A DNA stretch of 57,881 bases from Mycobacteriales bacterium (GTDB lineage Bacteria > Actinomycetota > Actinomycetes > Mycobacteriales > QHCE01). Below are positions 39,601-48,619 of the stretch, piece after piece (position 1 is the stretch's first letter; every line of letters begins with the position of its first letter). The position numbers and the translations under genes were made by a program. Location: NCBI GenBank assembly GCA_038260095.1, contig JBBSOC010000006.1:1-57881 (forward strand), read 5' to 3'. The notes under the pieces are model-generated. The model had not been told where the DNA came from and ran no database searches. It worked only from the letters and a program-made list of their open reading frames with translations.

Positions 39601-40186
39601 GGAATACGTCAACGATACCGCCGCGCAACGCAAACTCGCCACGTTTGCTCACCAGCTCGACCCGGGTATACGCCAGCTCGACCAGGCGATCGGCGAGCAC
39701 GTCCAGCTCCACGGTGTCACCGACGGCGGCAGTCACCGGCTCGATATCGCCAAGCCCCACCAGCTGCGGTTGCAGCACCGAGCGCACCGGGGCTACCAGT
39801 ACCGAGATTGGGCCAGTCGCTGGATCGGTCTGGCTCGGATGCACCAGCCGACGCAGCACAGCCATGCGCTGGCCAACGGTGTCTGCGCGCGGAGACAAAC
39901 GCTCGTGTGGCAAGGTCTCCCACGCCGGATACACCGCAACACCGTGCGGCGGGATCAAACAGCACAGCGCCGCGGCCAGCTGTTCGGCCTCTCGAGCGGT
40001 AGCGGTCACGACCAGCACAGGCACGCCAGCCCCACCGAACTGGGACGGCGCGGCAAGTGCAGCGGCGACGAACGGCTGCATCGCGGCAGGAGCGGAGACA
40101 TTGACCGCGGAACTGCCCGCGGAGGAGATCAACTGGGAGAATGTGGGCTGTTGCACAACTGGTGCAAGCAGGCCAGAAAGGCTCAT
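36653..40186 (-). CDS. mfd: Transcription-repair coupling factor
   Basis: WETLPHERLSP, GDVGYGKTE, DEEQRFG, SATPIPRT, TRCF C-terminus. Confidence 0.99.
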   Translation of the reverse strand: MSLSGLLAPVVQQPTFSQLISSAGSSAVNVSAPAAMQPFVAAALAAPSQFGGAGVPVLVVTATAREAEQLAAALCCLIPPHGVAVYPAWETLPHERLSPRADTVGQRMAVLRRLVHPSQTDPATGPISVLVAPVRSVLQPQLVGLGDIEPVTAAVGDTVELDVLADRLVELAYTRVELVSKRGEFALRGGIVDVFPPTEEHPLRVEFFGDEVEEIRYFSVADQRSLELAPRGLLAPPCRELLLTPKIRARAAQLSSEHPELIELLAKVAEGIPVEGMESLLPALVDAADELELLLAVLPRRTHVLVCDPERVRARAHDLVATSEEFRQASWAAAAVGGQRPIDVGVSSFRELEHVQKTAGELGMPWWSVGPFASDEGAAFPVDATASPSFGGNTERALAQLGEYARDGWAVVVCFAGHGPAQRAAEQLRDAGVGATLVESLDVAPQPGVVTVTTGEFERGFVARSLRLALFTEADLTGARPAEAPRRMAPKRRNTIDPLQLSPGDYVVHEQHGVGRYVELIRRSVAGAEREYLVLEYAASKRGQPGDRVFVPTDQLDLLTRYVGGEQPTLHRIGGADWQKSKGRARKAVRQIAAELVRLYAARTSTPGHAFAADTPWQRELEDAFAFTETPDQLVAIDDVKRDMEQPYPMDRVISGDVGYGKTEIAVRAAFKAVQEGKQVALLVPTTLLARQHMGTFTERLAQFPVRIAQLSRFQTDAQARKVLEGLADRSVDIVIGTHRLLQTGVRFGDLGLVIVDEEQRFGVEHKEHLKQLRASVDVLTLSATPIPRTLEMSMTGIREMSTIATPPEERHPVLTYVGGYDDQQIAAAIKRELLRDGQIFYVHNRVESIDRAATRIRSLVPTARVCVGHGQMSEDALEQVMLGFWEKRYDVLVCTTIVESGLDIPNANTLIVERADMFGLSQLHQIRGRVGRGRERAYAYFLYPSERPLTETAHERLATIAQHSELGAGMFVAMKDLEIRGAGNLLGGEQSGHIAAVGFDLYVRMVSEAVTEYKATQTGQVKAEPVLETKVDLPINANIPHDYVTGERLRLEMYRKLAEAQNTASIDAVREELADRYGPAPTPVELLLEVAALRVQAREAGVTEITQQGKQIRLAPIQLPESRAMRLARLYPGSVYKQASQVVTVPAPSTARIGGTPLRDAELLAWCRDVLPALAG

Positions 40187-40314
40187 GAACCGAGCTTATC
40201 CGCGTGCTACGACACTGTTACCGCCGCACACCAACTGCTACCGTGCACAGCGTCGGTGGATCCCGCTGACGCTTGCTTGGTTCCGATAGGACCCTCGCCA
40301 GAAGGGCGTTACCG

Positions 40315-41229
40315 ATGAGAAAGCATCTGCTCCGCGCGCTCGCCGTAGCCGCCGGCGCGAGCATGCTGCTAACCGCATGCGCGAATACCCCCAGCTCCAC
40401 CAACGCTAAGACCGCCGGCGGGGGCATAGTGCGCGCCGAGAACGGCGATGTCAAAATCCCTGCCCTGCCAAAACGAGTTGTCTCGCTCTCCCCCACCGCT
40501 ACCGAAATGCTGTTTTCGATCGACGCGGGCAAGCAAGTGGTCGCCACCGACGATCAGTCCACCTACCCCAAAAGCGCTCCCCGCACGAAGCTCTCCGGCC
40601 TATCGCCCAGCGCGGATGCTATCGCCCAATACCGGCCCGATTTGGTGGTGGTCGACGCCGACCGCAACGGTGTGGTCTCGGCGTTGAATAAACTCCATGT
40701 GCCGGTGCTGGTGGAACCCGCGGCAACCAATCTGGATGAAAGCTATGACCAGATTGCCGATTTGGGTACCGCTACTGGCCACTCTAAACAAGGCGGTCAG
40801 CTGGCCTCGAAGCTGAAGCAACAGCTGGCCGCAGCCGTAGGTAACGTCAAAGAAAAACTCGGCAAACGCAGCTACTACCACGAGGTGGACAACACCTACT
40901 ACTCCCTGACTTCGAAGACGTTCCTTGGAAGCATTTACAGCATGTTCGGGCTGAGCAATATTGCTGACGCGGCGGCCGTTGGCAACAACGACTACCCACA
41001 GCTGAACTCGGAATACATCGTGAAAGCCAACCCAGACCTGATCTTCCTCGCCGACGGGCAGTGCTGTGGCCAATCGGCGATTACAGTAGCGAAGCGACCC
41101 GGCTGGGATCGGATGCGCGCCGTGAGCAAACAGCACGTCGTAGAGCTCGACGCCGACACCGCGTCGCGATGGGGTCCACGGGTCGTGGAGTTCGCACAGA
41201 CCGTGGCAGCGGCGCTGGAGAAATTCTAG
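40315..41229 (+). CDS. ABC substrate-binding lipoprotein (cobalamin/Fe-siderophore, BtuF-like)
   Basis: LTAC lipobox, RVVSLSPTATEMLF, SRWGPRVV. Confidence 0.9.
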   Translation: MRKHLLRALAVAAGASMLLTACANTPSSTNAKTAGGGIVRAENGDVKIPALPKRVVSLSPTATEMLFSIDAGKQVVATDDQSTYPKSAPRTKLSGLSPSADAIAQYRPDLVVVDADRNGVVSALNKLHVPVLVEPAATNLDESYDQIADLGTATGHSKQGGQLASKLKQQLAAAVGNVKEKLGKRSYYHEVDNTYYSLTSKTFLGSIYSMFGLSNIADAAAVGNNDYPQLNSEYIVKANPDLIFLADGQCCGQSAITVAKRPGWDRMRAVSKQHVVELDADTASRWGPRVVEFAQTVAAALEKF

Positions 41230-41303
41230 ACAACTTGTGCCAAGTTGTCGCCTGAATAACGTCCTGTTACAGCAATACCAGGGACAAGATGGCACAAGTT
41301 GTC
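41229..41303. repeat. 75-bp element with perfect 14-bp terminal inverted repeats
   Basis: GACAACTTGTGCCA (41229-41242) / TGGCACAAGTTGTC (41290-41303). Confidence 0.8.
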
Positions 41304-41322
41304 GCTGGGTGGGTGAGACAAA

Positions 41323-42402
41323 ATGACAGAGCTACAACCTCGTTACACCCAGATGCGCGCATCGTGGCTACTGAGCGCAGTTACCGTACTACTGGGCGCG
41401 ATCGTCGTTGGTGTCATGTCGGGCTCGGTGTGGTTTGCGCCGCATCACGTGCTGTTGACATTGCTGGATGCACTCCCTGGCGTGCACCTAGAGACCGGGC
41501 TCGCGCCAATCGATCAGGCAATCATCACCCAGCTTCGGCTACCTCGTGTGATGTTGGCAGCTCTCGTGGGCGCCGCCCTGGCTTTGGGCGGCGCGTCCTA
41601 TCAGGGGGTTTTTCGCAATCCTCTGGTCGATCCTTACCTACTCGGCTCGGCCGCTGGAGCCGGACTCGGAGCGACGCTGGCTATCAGTTACGCCCCGGCG
41701 AGCACGGTGATCGGCGTACCTATCGTTCCTCTCGCGGCGTTCGTCGGCGCACTGTTCGGAGTGGCCTTGGCCTACCTACTGGGAAGCTGGGCATCGGGTG
41801 GGCCTGGAGTCAGTAGCACTGCCATCAATAGTGGTATAGCCACGCTGATGCTGGCCGGGGTGGCGGTAGCGGCGTTCCTTACCGCATTGCAGGCGTTCGT
41901 GCAGCAGCAAAACACCGAGAAGTTGCAGCAGATCTACGGCTGGATTGTTGGCCAGCTCGGCACAGCGACCTGGACTAATGTGGCAACAGTTGCGCCCTAC
42001 CTCGCACTGAGCACTGTCGCGGTACTACTACATGGCCGGCTGCTGGATGTGCTCGCTCTAGGGGATGACGAGGCGGCCAGCTTGGGGATTCCAGTTACTC
42101 GAGTGCGCGTCGCCGTCTTAGTGGCCGCATCCCTGGCGACAGGAGCCGCTGTGGCGGTCAGCGGTCTGATCGGTTTCATCGGTTTGGTCGTCCCGCACGT
42201 GGTGCGCCGCCTCACCTGCACCAGCTATCGGGTGGTGCTGCCGCTGTCGCTATTGGCCGGAGCGGCACTCCTGGTGTTAGCTGACGTGATTGCGCGCAGT
42301 GCGCTCAGCGGGTCGGAGCTACCAGTCGGCCTGGTGACAGCGTTCATCGGAGCACCATTTTTTGCCGTCCTGCTGCGATTGAATCGACGGTCACTGGTGT
42401 GA
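41323..42402 (+). CDS. FecCD/BtuC-family ABC permease
   Basis: RLPRV, FRNPLVDPYLLG, LGDDEAASLG, IGFIGLVVPH. Confidence 0.95.
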   Translation: MTELQPRYTQMRASWLLSAVTVLLGAIVVGVMSGSVWFAPHHVLLTLLDALPGVHLETGLAPIDQAIITQLRLPRVMLAALVGAALALGGASYQGVFRNPLVDPYLLGSAAGAGLGATLAISYAPASTVIGVPIVPLAAFVGALFGVALAYLLGSWASGGPGVSSTAINSGIATLMLAGVAVAAFLTALQAFVQQQNTEKLQQIYGWIVGQLGTATWTNVATVAPYLALSTVAVLLHGRLLDVLALGDDEAASLGIPVTRVRVAVLVAASLATGAAVAVSGLIGFIGLVVPHVVRRLTCTSYRVVLPLSLLAGAALLVLADVIARSALSGSELPVGLVTAFIGAPFFAVLLRLNRRSLV

Positions 42403-43193
42403 GTGACGTAACCACGAGCGACGCCCTGCGCGCAAGCAGCCTCACAGTACGTCGTGGTCAGCATCAGGTGCTGCATGAGCTCTCGTTGCAAGTGCGCGAG
42501 GGAGGCTGGCTAGCGGTTGTCGGACGCAACGGCGCCGGAAAGTCCACACTGCTGGCTGCGCTGGCTGGACTGCTGCCCTACAGCGGCAAGATCGAGCTCG
42601 CCGGGGTCAATGTTTCGACACTGCACCGACGAGAGCGCGCCCGGCGGGTCGCGTACCTACCGCAGATGCCGATCGTGCCCGAGCAGCTAGGCGTCGCCGA
42701 TTATGTTCTGCTTGGCCGCGTGCCGCACGCCGGTTACTTCGGTCGAAGCATCGTGGCCGATCAACGGATAGTCACCGACGTGCTACGACGTCTTGAGTTG
42801 CAGCACTTTGCCGACCGCCCACTGGGAACGCTATCCGGCGGTGAGCGGCAGCGAGCAATACTGGCCCGGGCGTTAGCCGGACAGGCCTCGCTGCTCCTGG
42901 CTGATGAGCCCACCTCGGCGCTGGACTTGGGCCATCAGCAACAGGTACTGGAGCTTATCGACCAGCTACGGCACAGCGATGGGCTCACTGTCATCACGGC
43001 CATGCACGACCTAACCTTGGCCGCCCAATATGCCGAACAGGTTGCGCTGCTCGATGCCGGAAAGCTCATTGCTACTGGTTCGCCCAGGGACGTTCTCACT
43101 GAATCGGCGTTGGCTGAGCACTACGGGGCGCAGGTCGACGTCACGCTCGACGCCAACTCCAGGCCGGTGATCACCCCCCGACGTTTACAGTGA
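42399..43193 (+). CDS. ABC ATP-binding protein (FepC/BtuD-like)
   Basis: GRNGAGKST, LSGGERQR, DEPTSALD, HDL. Confidence 0.95.
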   Translation: MSDVTTSDALRASSLTVRRGQHQVLHELSLQVREGGWLAVVGRNGAGKSTLLAALAGLLPYSGKIELAGVNVSTLHRRERARRVAYLPQMPIVPEQLGVADYVLLGRVPHAGYFGRSIVADQRIVTDVLRRLELQHFADRPLGTLSGGERQRAILARALAGQASLLLADEPTSALDLGHQQQVLELIDQLRHSDGLTVITAMHDLTLAAQYAEQVALLDAGKLIATGSPRDVLTESALAEHYGAQVDVTLDANSRPVITPRRLQ

Positions 43194-43243
43194 AACTACG
43201 ATTATCTGGTAATCGGTTATTGACGGGCAATAATTCACGCCGA

Positions 43244-43362
43244 TACTTGCCCACCTGCCGGGCACCTTGCACTACAGTGATTCGGGCGGTGTCTAGGGCT
43301 TCCAGCACCAGTGGTGTAACCGCACGAAAAATGGGCTTGCGAAGAGAATCGTTAGCCGACAT
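43244..43362 (-). pseudogene. N-terminal fragment of an AAA+ ATPase (AAA_14/DUF4143 type)
   Basis: VLEALDTARITVVQGARQVGK; homology stops at Walker A; 17-bp direct repeat upstream at 43382 and 43404. Confidence 0.75.
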
Positions 43363-43520
43363 AACTATCACTATAACCACACGCTGCGGATTTTACGTGC
43401 CCGCGCTGCGGATTTTACGTCTATAGGGAAGACCATGGACTTACGCAAACGAAGCTCGGCGAGATAGCCGACCCTATTCGATTCAACAGTCGCCGGGCTA
43501 GAAAGCGACGATGAGGTACC

Positions 43521-44252
43521 TCACTCCTGCGGCCGCAGCGCGAAGAACACGAACTCATCGCCAGGTCGGTCGGGTGCGCCGCGGACCTCTTCCATGAAGT
43601 ATCCATGGGCGAGCAGTGCTGCCTCGACTTCATCACGTTCGCGGAAGCGTAGCGTCGAGTCCGACGTCAACGTTTGCCCATCCGAAGCGAAGATCCACGT
43701 ACAACGAAATGTCACTAGCTGCCCGCTGACGTCGATCACTTCCCCCCAGCTCTCCACCTTGCCCACACCCGGAACCTCGGTAATCTTGTGTGTGACCGCA
43801 CGGTTCCACTCATGCCAAGCACGGTTCGCTGGATCACGGGTCTCGAACACGAGATGCCCACCAGGCCGCAATGTGTCATATACGCCGCGTAGCGTTCCTT
43901 CCCAATCCTGCGGGTCGATGATCGCTTGGGCGACATTTCCGGTCATAGTTGCAAGGTCGACCTGCATCGAAGGCAAGGTGGTCGCGTCGCCGTGAATCCA
44001 GCGCACCTGCCCGGCGCCCGGTTTGGCTCGCGCGACATCGAGTGAACCCCCGGCCGGGTCAACGCAGGTTACCTCAAGGCCACGGTCGGCTAAAAGCAGC
44101 GCGAAAGTGCCCGTCCCACAACCAACATCCAGCACGCGATGTGCACCGAGTTCGTCAGCGATAGCGACGTACACATCGAGGTCGCTGCGGTCTGGGTCGA
44201 GCGCGTCATAGATTGCGACCAGCCGCGGGTGCTCGAATATCTCATCAGGCAT
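43521..44252 (-). CDS. Class I SAM-dependent methyltransferase
   Basis: VLDVGCGTG, MTGNVAQ, LRPGGHLVFETR. Confidence 0.92.
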   Translation of the reverse strand: MPDEIFEHPRLVAIYDALDPDRSDLDVYVAIADELGAHRVLDVGCGTGTFALLLADRGLEVTCVDPAGGSLDVARAKPGAGQVRWIHGDATTLPSMQVDLATMTGNVAQAIIDPQDWEGTLRGVYDTLRPGGHLVFETRDPANRAWHEWNRAVTHKITEVPGVGKVESWGEVIDVSGQLVTFRCTWIFASDGQTLTSDSTLRFRERDEVEAALLAHGYFMEEVRGAPDRPGDEFVFFALRPQE

Positions 44253-44384
44253 GCGGATGACGCTATAGCTATGGCGCGACGGCCGAGACAAGGCCAGGTT
44301 GTTTGACCCTTGGACAACCACCCTGCAATTTGTTTATTTCGACGCGTGCGCCTATCCGCGGGAGCGCTCAGTAGGCTGTGCGTT

Positions 44385-45626
44385 GTGAGCAGCCCGCAAC
44401 GCATCTACTTAGCCCGCCTGGCTGGTTTGGTTGTACTTGACCCGTATGGGGACCAGATCGGACGTGTGCGAGATGCCGTACTGCGCGTGCGCAGCGACGA
44501 TAGCGCTCCGCGTGTCACGGGTCTGATCGTGGAAATCGTGCAGCGCCGCCGAATTTTCGTCCCGCTGGGTCGAGTGAGCACGTTCGACGCCGAAGCAGTG
44601 GTGCTAAACACCGGAACCGTCAGCCTGAAACGTTTTGAACAGCGGCCCGGTGAGCTGCTCACGCTCGGCGATCTACTCGACCGGCAGGTGCGCATTGCCG
44701 AAACAGGCGCTCTGGGCGAGCTGGTGGATGCGGCGATGGAACAGACACGCAGCCGAGAATGGCACCTCAGTCGGCTGGCCGTTCGCGAGATCACTGGCAA
44801 GCTGTCGCGACGCGGGCACCTGCACCAGCTGGAGTGGCACGAGGTGACCGGGGTGATCGGGCACCACGAGCAACAAGGCGCGACGAACCTACTGGCCGTC
44901 GTGGATCAATTGCACCCCGCTGACCTTGCAAAAGTGCTGCACGACCTCTCCGATAAACGCCGGGTCGAGGTCGCGATTGCGCTCACTGACGCTCAGCTGG
45001 CCGACGTGCTCGAAGAGCTACCCGACGACGACCAAGTAGCCATTCTGGAAGCGATGGACGTCAACCGAGCCGCGGACGTCTTGGAGTCTATGAACCCTGA
45101 TGACGCCGCGGATCTACTGGGCGAGCTGCCCGAAGAACAAAAAGAACAACTCTTGAAGCTGATGCGCCCGGCTGACGCGGCCGGAGTGCGTCGACTGCTC
45201 ACCTATGCCGAGAACACCGCCGGCGCGCTGATGACCACCGATCCCGTGGTGTTGGGGCCAGACGCGACCGTTGCGCAGGCGCTTGCCAGAGCTCGGGATC
45301 CCGAGCTGCCGACAACGCTGGCCGCGCAGCTGTATGTATGCCGCGCTCCGACCTCAACACCTACTGGAAGGTTTCTCGGTATCGCGCACATACAGCGACT
45401 GCTACGCGAGCCACCGTCAGAACTCGTGAGCTCAGTACTTGACACCGACATAGATCCGATGACGCCGCAGACTCCGCTAGCCGACGTCACCCGGTGTATG
45501 GCTACGTACAATTTGGTAGCGCTGCCCATTGTCGATGCCAGTGACCGACTGGTGGGTGCGGTCACCGTCGATGACGTGCTGGATCATCTGCTTCCCCGCG
45601 ACTGGCGGGAGAAGGATAATGTCTGA
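44385..45626 (+). CDS. MgtE N-terminal/CBS-domain protein (PRC-MgtE_N-CBS)
   Basis: HPADLA, MNPDDAADLL, TAGALMTTDPV, GAVTVDDVLDHLLP. Confidence 0.9.
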   Translation: MSSPQRIYLARLAGLVVLDPYGDQIGRVRDAVLRVRSDDSAPRVTGLIVEIVQRRRIFVPLGRVSTFDAEAVVLNTGTVSLKRFEQRPGELLTLGDLLDRQVRIAETGALGELVDAAMEQTRSREWHLSRLAVREITGKLSRRGHLHQLEWHEVTGVIGHHEQQGATNLLAVVDQLHPADLAKVLHDLSDKRRVEVAIALTDAQLADVLEELPDDDQVAILEAMDVNRAADVLESMNPDDAADLLGELPEEQKEQLLKLMRPADAAGVRRLLTYAENTAGALMTTDPVVLGPDATVAQALARARDPELPTTLAAQLYVCRAPTSTPTGRFLGIAHIQRLLREPPSELVSSVLDTDIDPMTPQTPLADVTRCMATYNLVALPIVDASDRLVGAVTVDDVLDHLLPRDWREKDNV

Positions 45627-46113
45627 CTCCACGCGGCCGCAGTGGCGGCTAGACCAACCCAAGGTGAGGTCGGCACGTCGGCTGCCACGGTTCAATGCCG
45701 ATGCGTTTGGCCGGCTGTCAGAACGGTTTGCGCGCTTCTTAGGCACTGGCCGGTTCTTGTTATTCCAGAGCGTTTTTGTGGTGATCTGGATCAGCCTGAA
45801 TCTCGCGCTGGTGGCCTACAAGTGGGATCCTTATCCGTTCATTCTGCTGAACTTGGCGTTCTCTACTCAGGCCGCCTACGCCGCGCCGCTGATTTTGCTG
45901 GCACAGAGTCGCCAAGCCGACCGTGACCGCATTTCCTTAGATGAAGACCGGCAGCGGGCAGAGGCCGCCAAAGCCGACACCGAGTATCTGGCCCGCGAAA
46001 TCGCCTCGCTGCGTTTGGCGATCGGCGACTTAGCGACCCGGGACTACCTACACGACGAGGTAAATCGACTCCTGGAAGATATGCCCAAGCCAAACGACGG
46101 TCAGTGGATTTAA
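45619..46113 (+). CDS. DUF1003 membrane protein
   Basis: DPYPFILLNLAFSTQAAYAAPLILLAQ. Confidence 0.93.
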   Translation: MSDSTRPQWRLDQPKVRSARRLPRFNADAFGRLSERFARFLGTGRFLLFQSVFVVIWISLNLALVAYKWDPYPFILLNLAFSTQAAYAAPLILLAQSRQADRDRISLDEDRQRAEAAKADTEYLAREIASLRLAIGDLATRDYLHDEVNRLLEDMPKPNDGQWI

Positions 46114-46132
46114 TCACTATCTTTGTTAGGAC

Positions 46133-46432
46133 TCACAGGCGACCGGTCTCAATCGACCCTTCTAAGCTCGCCAAAAAATCCTGATCATCCCCGAATCGGC
46201 GTACCCGCCCGGCAGCGATCGATTGGTCAGCTTCGCGTTCCTTGGCTTGCCATTCTGATGTCCAAAACCAAGCCTGCTCAGGATCCACCGGAACGATCCG
46301 AGCAACTGGCCTCCCGCTACGAGTCAAGTAGACTACTTCGCCATTCTGCTCAACCGCCTCAACCTCAGCATCTGGCAGCTGGAAACCACCCGCATCCCTT
46401 GGTGGCAGTTCGTAAGTGTGCGCGGCAGTCAT
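46133..46432 (-). CDS. Antitoxin-like protein (Phd/YefM-like N-terminal part, QAWFW tail)
   Basis: GEVVYLTRSGRPVARIVP, then DPEQAWFWTSEWQAKEREAD. Confidence 0.7.
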   Translation of the reverse strand: MTAAHTYELPPRDAGGFQLPDAEVEAVEQNGEVVYLTRSGRPVARIVPVDPEQAWFWTSEWQAKEREADQSIAAGRVRRFGDDQDFLASLEGSIETGRL

Positions 46433-46501
46433 GTAACCATTGTACGGCAAGACCTGCTGCCGCTGCTGGCTCAATGTGTTCAGCGTCTCTAACGCACAAC
46501 G

Positions 46502-46858
46502 TTAGAGACGCTGAACAGCAAGGCGGTAAACTTCGTGGTCATCGCGGATTCCAACAACGACGACGACAACGGTGTCTGGGTCGGCTACGGGTTCAAGCCG
46601 GTAAACTACTCGAAAGCGTTCTGGTCGCTGCCCATCGACATCAAACTTTAGCCGAAACAACCCGGTGAGATTGCCAGAAATACCCCGCTCACCCAGGGCT
46701 TTTCCTTGTTTGCGGTGCAAAGCGAGATCTTGAACAGTGTGGATCGCAGTTTGCGCCGCAACAGGATACTGCTCGTTGAGCGCCTGCAAATCGTTCCAAG
46801 CGTCCGGTCCCCATTCAACGCCATATGTCGCCCTACTACTCAGCGGACTCGCCCTCAC
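46502..46858 (-). CDS. RelE/ParE-family toxin
   Basis: GKALGERGISGNLTGLFRLKF...RFRVVYR...VGIRDDHEVY; start codon uncertain. Confidence 0.8.
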   Translation of the reverse strand: MRASPLSSRATYGVEWGPDAWNDLQALNEQYPVAAQTAIHTVQDLALHRKQGKALGERGISGNLTGLFRLKFDVDGQRPERFRVVYRLEPVADPDTVVVVVVGIRDDHEVYRLAVQRL

Positions 46859-47126
46859 TGCTCTGGGTTTTAGCGAGTCGCCGTAACACCTCTGCGTGAC
46901 TTATCCTTAAGCCGCCTTTGGCCAAACGTTTGCGAGCGAGCTCGAGATCAATTTCGTCTTCGAGCTGCTCGACGAGTCGTTGCCATAACGAAAAGGGCAC
47001 GATCACCGCCTGCGGGCGGCGGTGCGAACCAAAAACCACCGGCTCGACTTTGCCGGCATCGAAGGACGCCGCAATTTTACTGAGTTGGTCACGTACTTCG
47101 CCAGTCGTCACCACAGTTGCATTCAT
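46836..47126 (-). CDS. Phd/YefM-like antitoxin
   Basis: EVRDQLSKI...PVVFGSHRRPQAVIVP; overlaps the toxin. Confidence 0.8.
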   Translation of the reverse strand: MNATVVTTGEVRDQLSKIAASFDAGKVEPVVFGSHRRPQAVIVPFSLWQRLVEQLEDEIDLELARKRLAKGGLRISHAEVLRRLAKTQSSEGESAE

Positions 47127-47146
47127 ACTGAGTAGTCTACCAAAAA

Positions 47147-47167
47147 TCGTAAAGAAAATCCGTACGA
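47147..47167. promoter_or_regulatory. Putative TA operator
   Basis: TCGTA-11 nt-TACGA inverted repeat 20 nt upstream of the antitoxin start. Confidence 0.5.
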
Positions 47168-47282
47168 AATTTACTTATTGCTGCTGATTACCCACTTCGG
47201 GCAACGTCAACGGTTGGTAGCAGTACTACAAGTAGCTTAGCTGTAGCAACGCCGGGAAAGCACGCTTCCACAAGCCCGTAGC

Positions 47283-48425
47283 ATGGGGAGTATGTCTACG
47301 TCGCTACCTACGCAAGAGCAGCTCCGCGAGGCGTTGCATACTGTCATCGATCCCGAGATCAAACGCCCGATTACCGATCTCGGCATGGTGAAAAGCGTCA
47401 GCATCGGCGACGATGGCAGCGTTGATGCGGCGATCTTCCTCACCGTGGCCGGCTGCCCCCTCAAAGAGACACTCACCCGTGACATCACCAACGCGGTGAG
47501 CGCACTGCCTGGCGTGACCGGTGTCCGTGTCGAGCTGGATGTTATGAGCGAGCAGCAACGACGCGAGCTGCAAACCCAGCTCCGCGGCGGCAAACCCGAA
47601 CGAGAGATCCCGTTCGCGCAGCCGAGCTCCCGTACCCGGGTGTACGCCATCGCGTCCGGTAAAGGCGGTGTCGGCAAATCCAGCGTCACCGTTAACCTGG
47701 CAGCAGCACTCGCCTCCCGAGGGCTGTCTGTTGGCCTGGTCGACGCCGACATCTACGGTTTCTCGATCCCGGACATGATGAGCGTGCAGCATCCGCCGAC
47801 CAAGGTTGAGAAGATGATCATGCCGCCGGTCGCCTACGGAGTGAAAGTGATCTCGATCGGCATGTTCACCCCCGACAACAGTGCCGTGGTGTGGCGTGGG
47901 CCAATGCTGCATCGGGCATTGGAACAGTTCCTCTCGGACGTGTACTGGGGCGACCTGGACATCCTGCTCATCGACCTACCACCGGGTACCGGCGACATTG
48001 CCATTTCCGTCGCTCAACTGGTCCCCACCGCTGAGATCGTGGTGGTGACCACCCCACAGCAAGCCGCGGCGCAGGTGGCCGAACGCGCTGGCTCCATATC
48101 TAAGCAAACACACCAGCAGGTGATCGGCGTTGTGGAGAACATGTCCTGGCTGCAACTCCCCGACGGCACGCGCGTCGACGTTTTTGGCACCGGCGGTGGG
48201 CAAGCGGTATCCGACGCGCTCAGTCGCCTGATGGGTACCGACGTACCACTGCTAGGCCAGATACCGCTAGATCCACAACTACGTGAAAGCGGTGATATCG
48301 GTATGCCGTTCGTCCTCAGCCATCCCGATAGTCCGGCGGCAAAGGCGCTACTGGCAACTGCTGACCATCTCGCCGTGCGTGGCAGCAGCCTGGTGGGCCG
48401 CTCACTCGGGCTCACGCCGGTCTAG
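47283..48425 (+). CDS. mrp: Mrp/NBP35 (ApbC) Fe-S carrier ATPase
   Basis: DPEIKRPITDLGMV, GCPL, SGKGGVGKS, WRGPMLH, DLPPGTGD. Confidence 0.95.
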   Translation: MGSMSTSLPTQEQLREALHTVIDPEIKRPITDLGMVKSVSIGDDGSVDAAIFLTVAGCPLKETLTRDITNAVSALPGVTGVRVELDVMSEQQRRELQTQLRGGKPEREIPFAQPSSRTRVYAIASGKGGVGKSSVTVNLAAALASRGLSVGLVDADIYGFSIPDMMSVQHPPTKVEKMIMPPVAYGVKVISIGMFTPDNSAVVWRGPMLHRALEQFLSDVYWGDLDILLIDLPPGTGDIAISVAQLVPTAEIVVVTTPQQAAAQVAERAGSISKQTHQQVIGVVENMSWLQLPDGTRVDVFGTGGGQAVSDALSRLMGTDVPLLGQIPLDPQLRESGDIGMPFVLSHPDSPAAKALLATADHLAVRGSSLVGRSLGLTPV

Positions 48426-48619
48426 CACGTTCTCTTCCACAACGTGTAACGAAAAACCTATCGAAGCTACTACTGCCTAAGGGGTCGATCCACGCTAAAA
48501 GACCTCAGCGGAGACTCCATGTCGCCCAGTTCGCGGCGAGAGCACTTCCTTTTCCAAAGAACATAAAGCAGCTAACTTCAGAGCGGTTTGGAACCTCAGT
48601 GGTCACCCACGCCTGAAAA

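Noticed and set aside
40187-40314. Cobalamin riboswitch upstream of the BtuF-like gene
   Set aside because: Short leader with one hairpin (AGCGTCGG/CTGACGCT) but no recognisable B12 box; an Rfam scan would settle it
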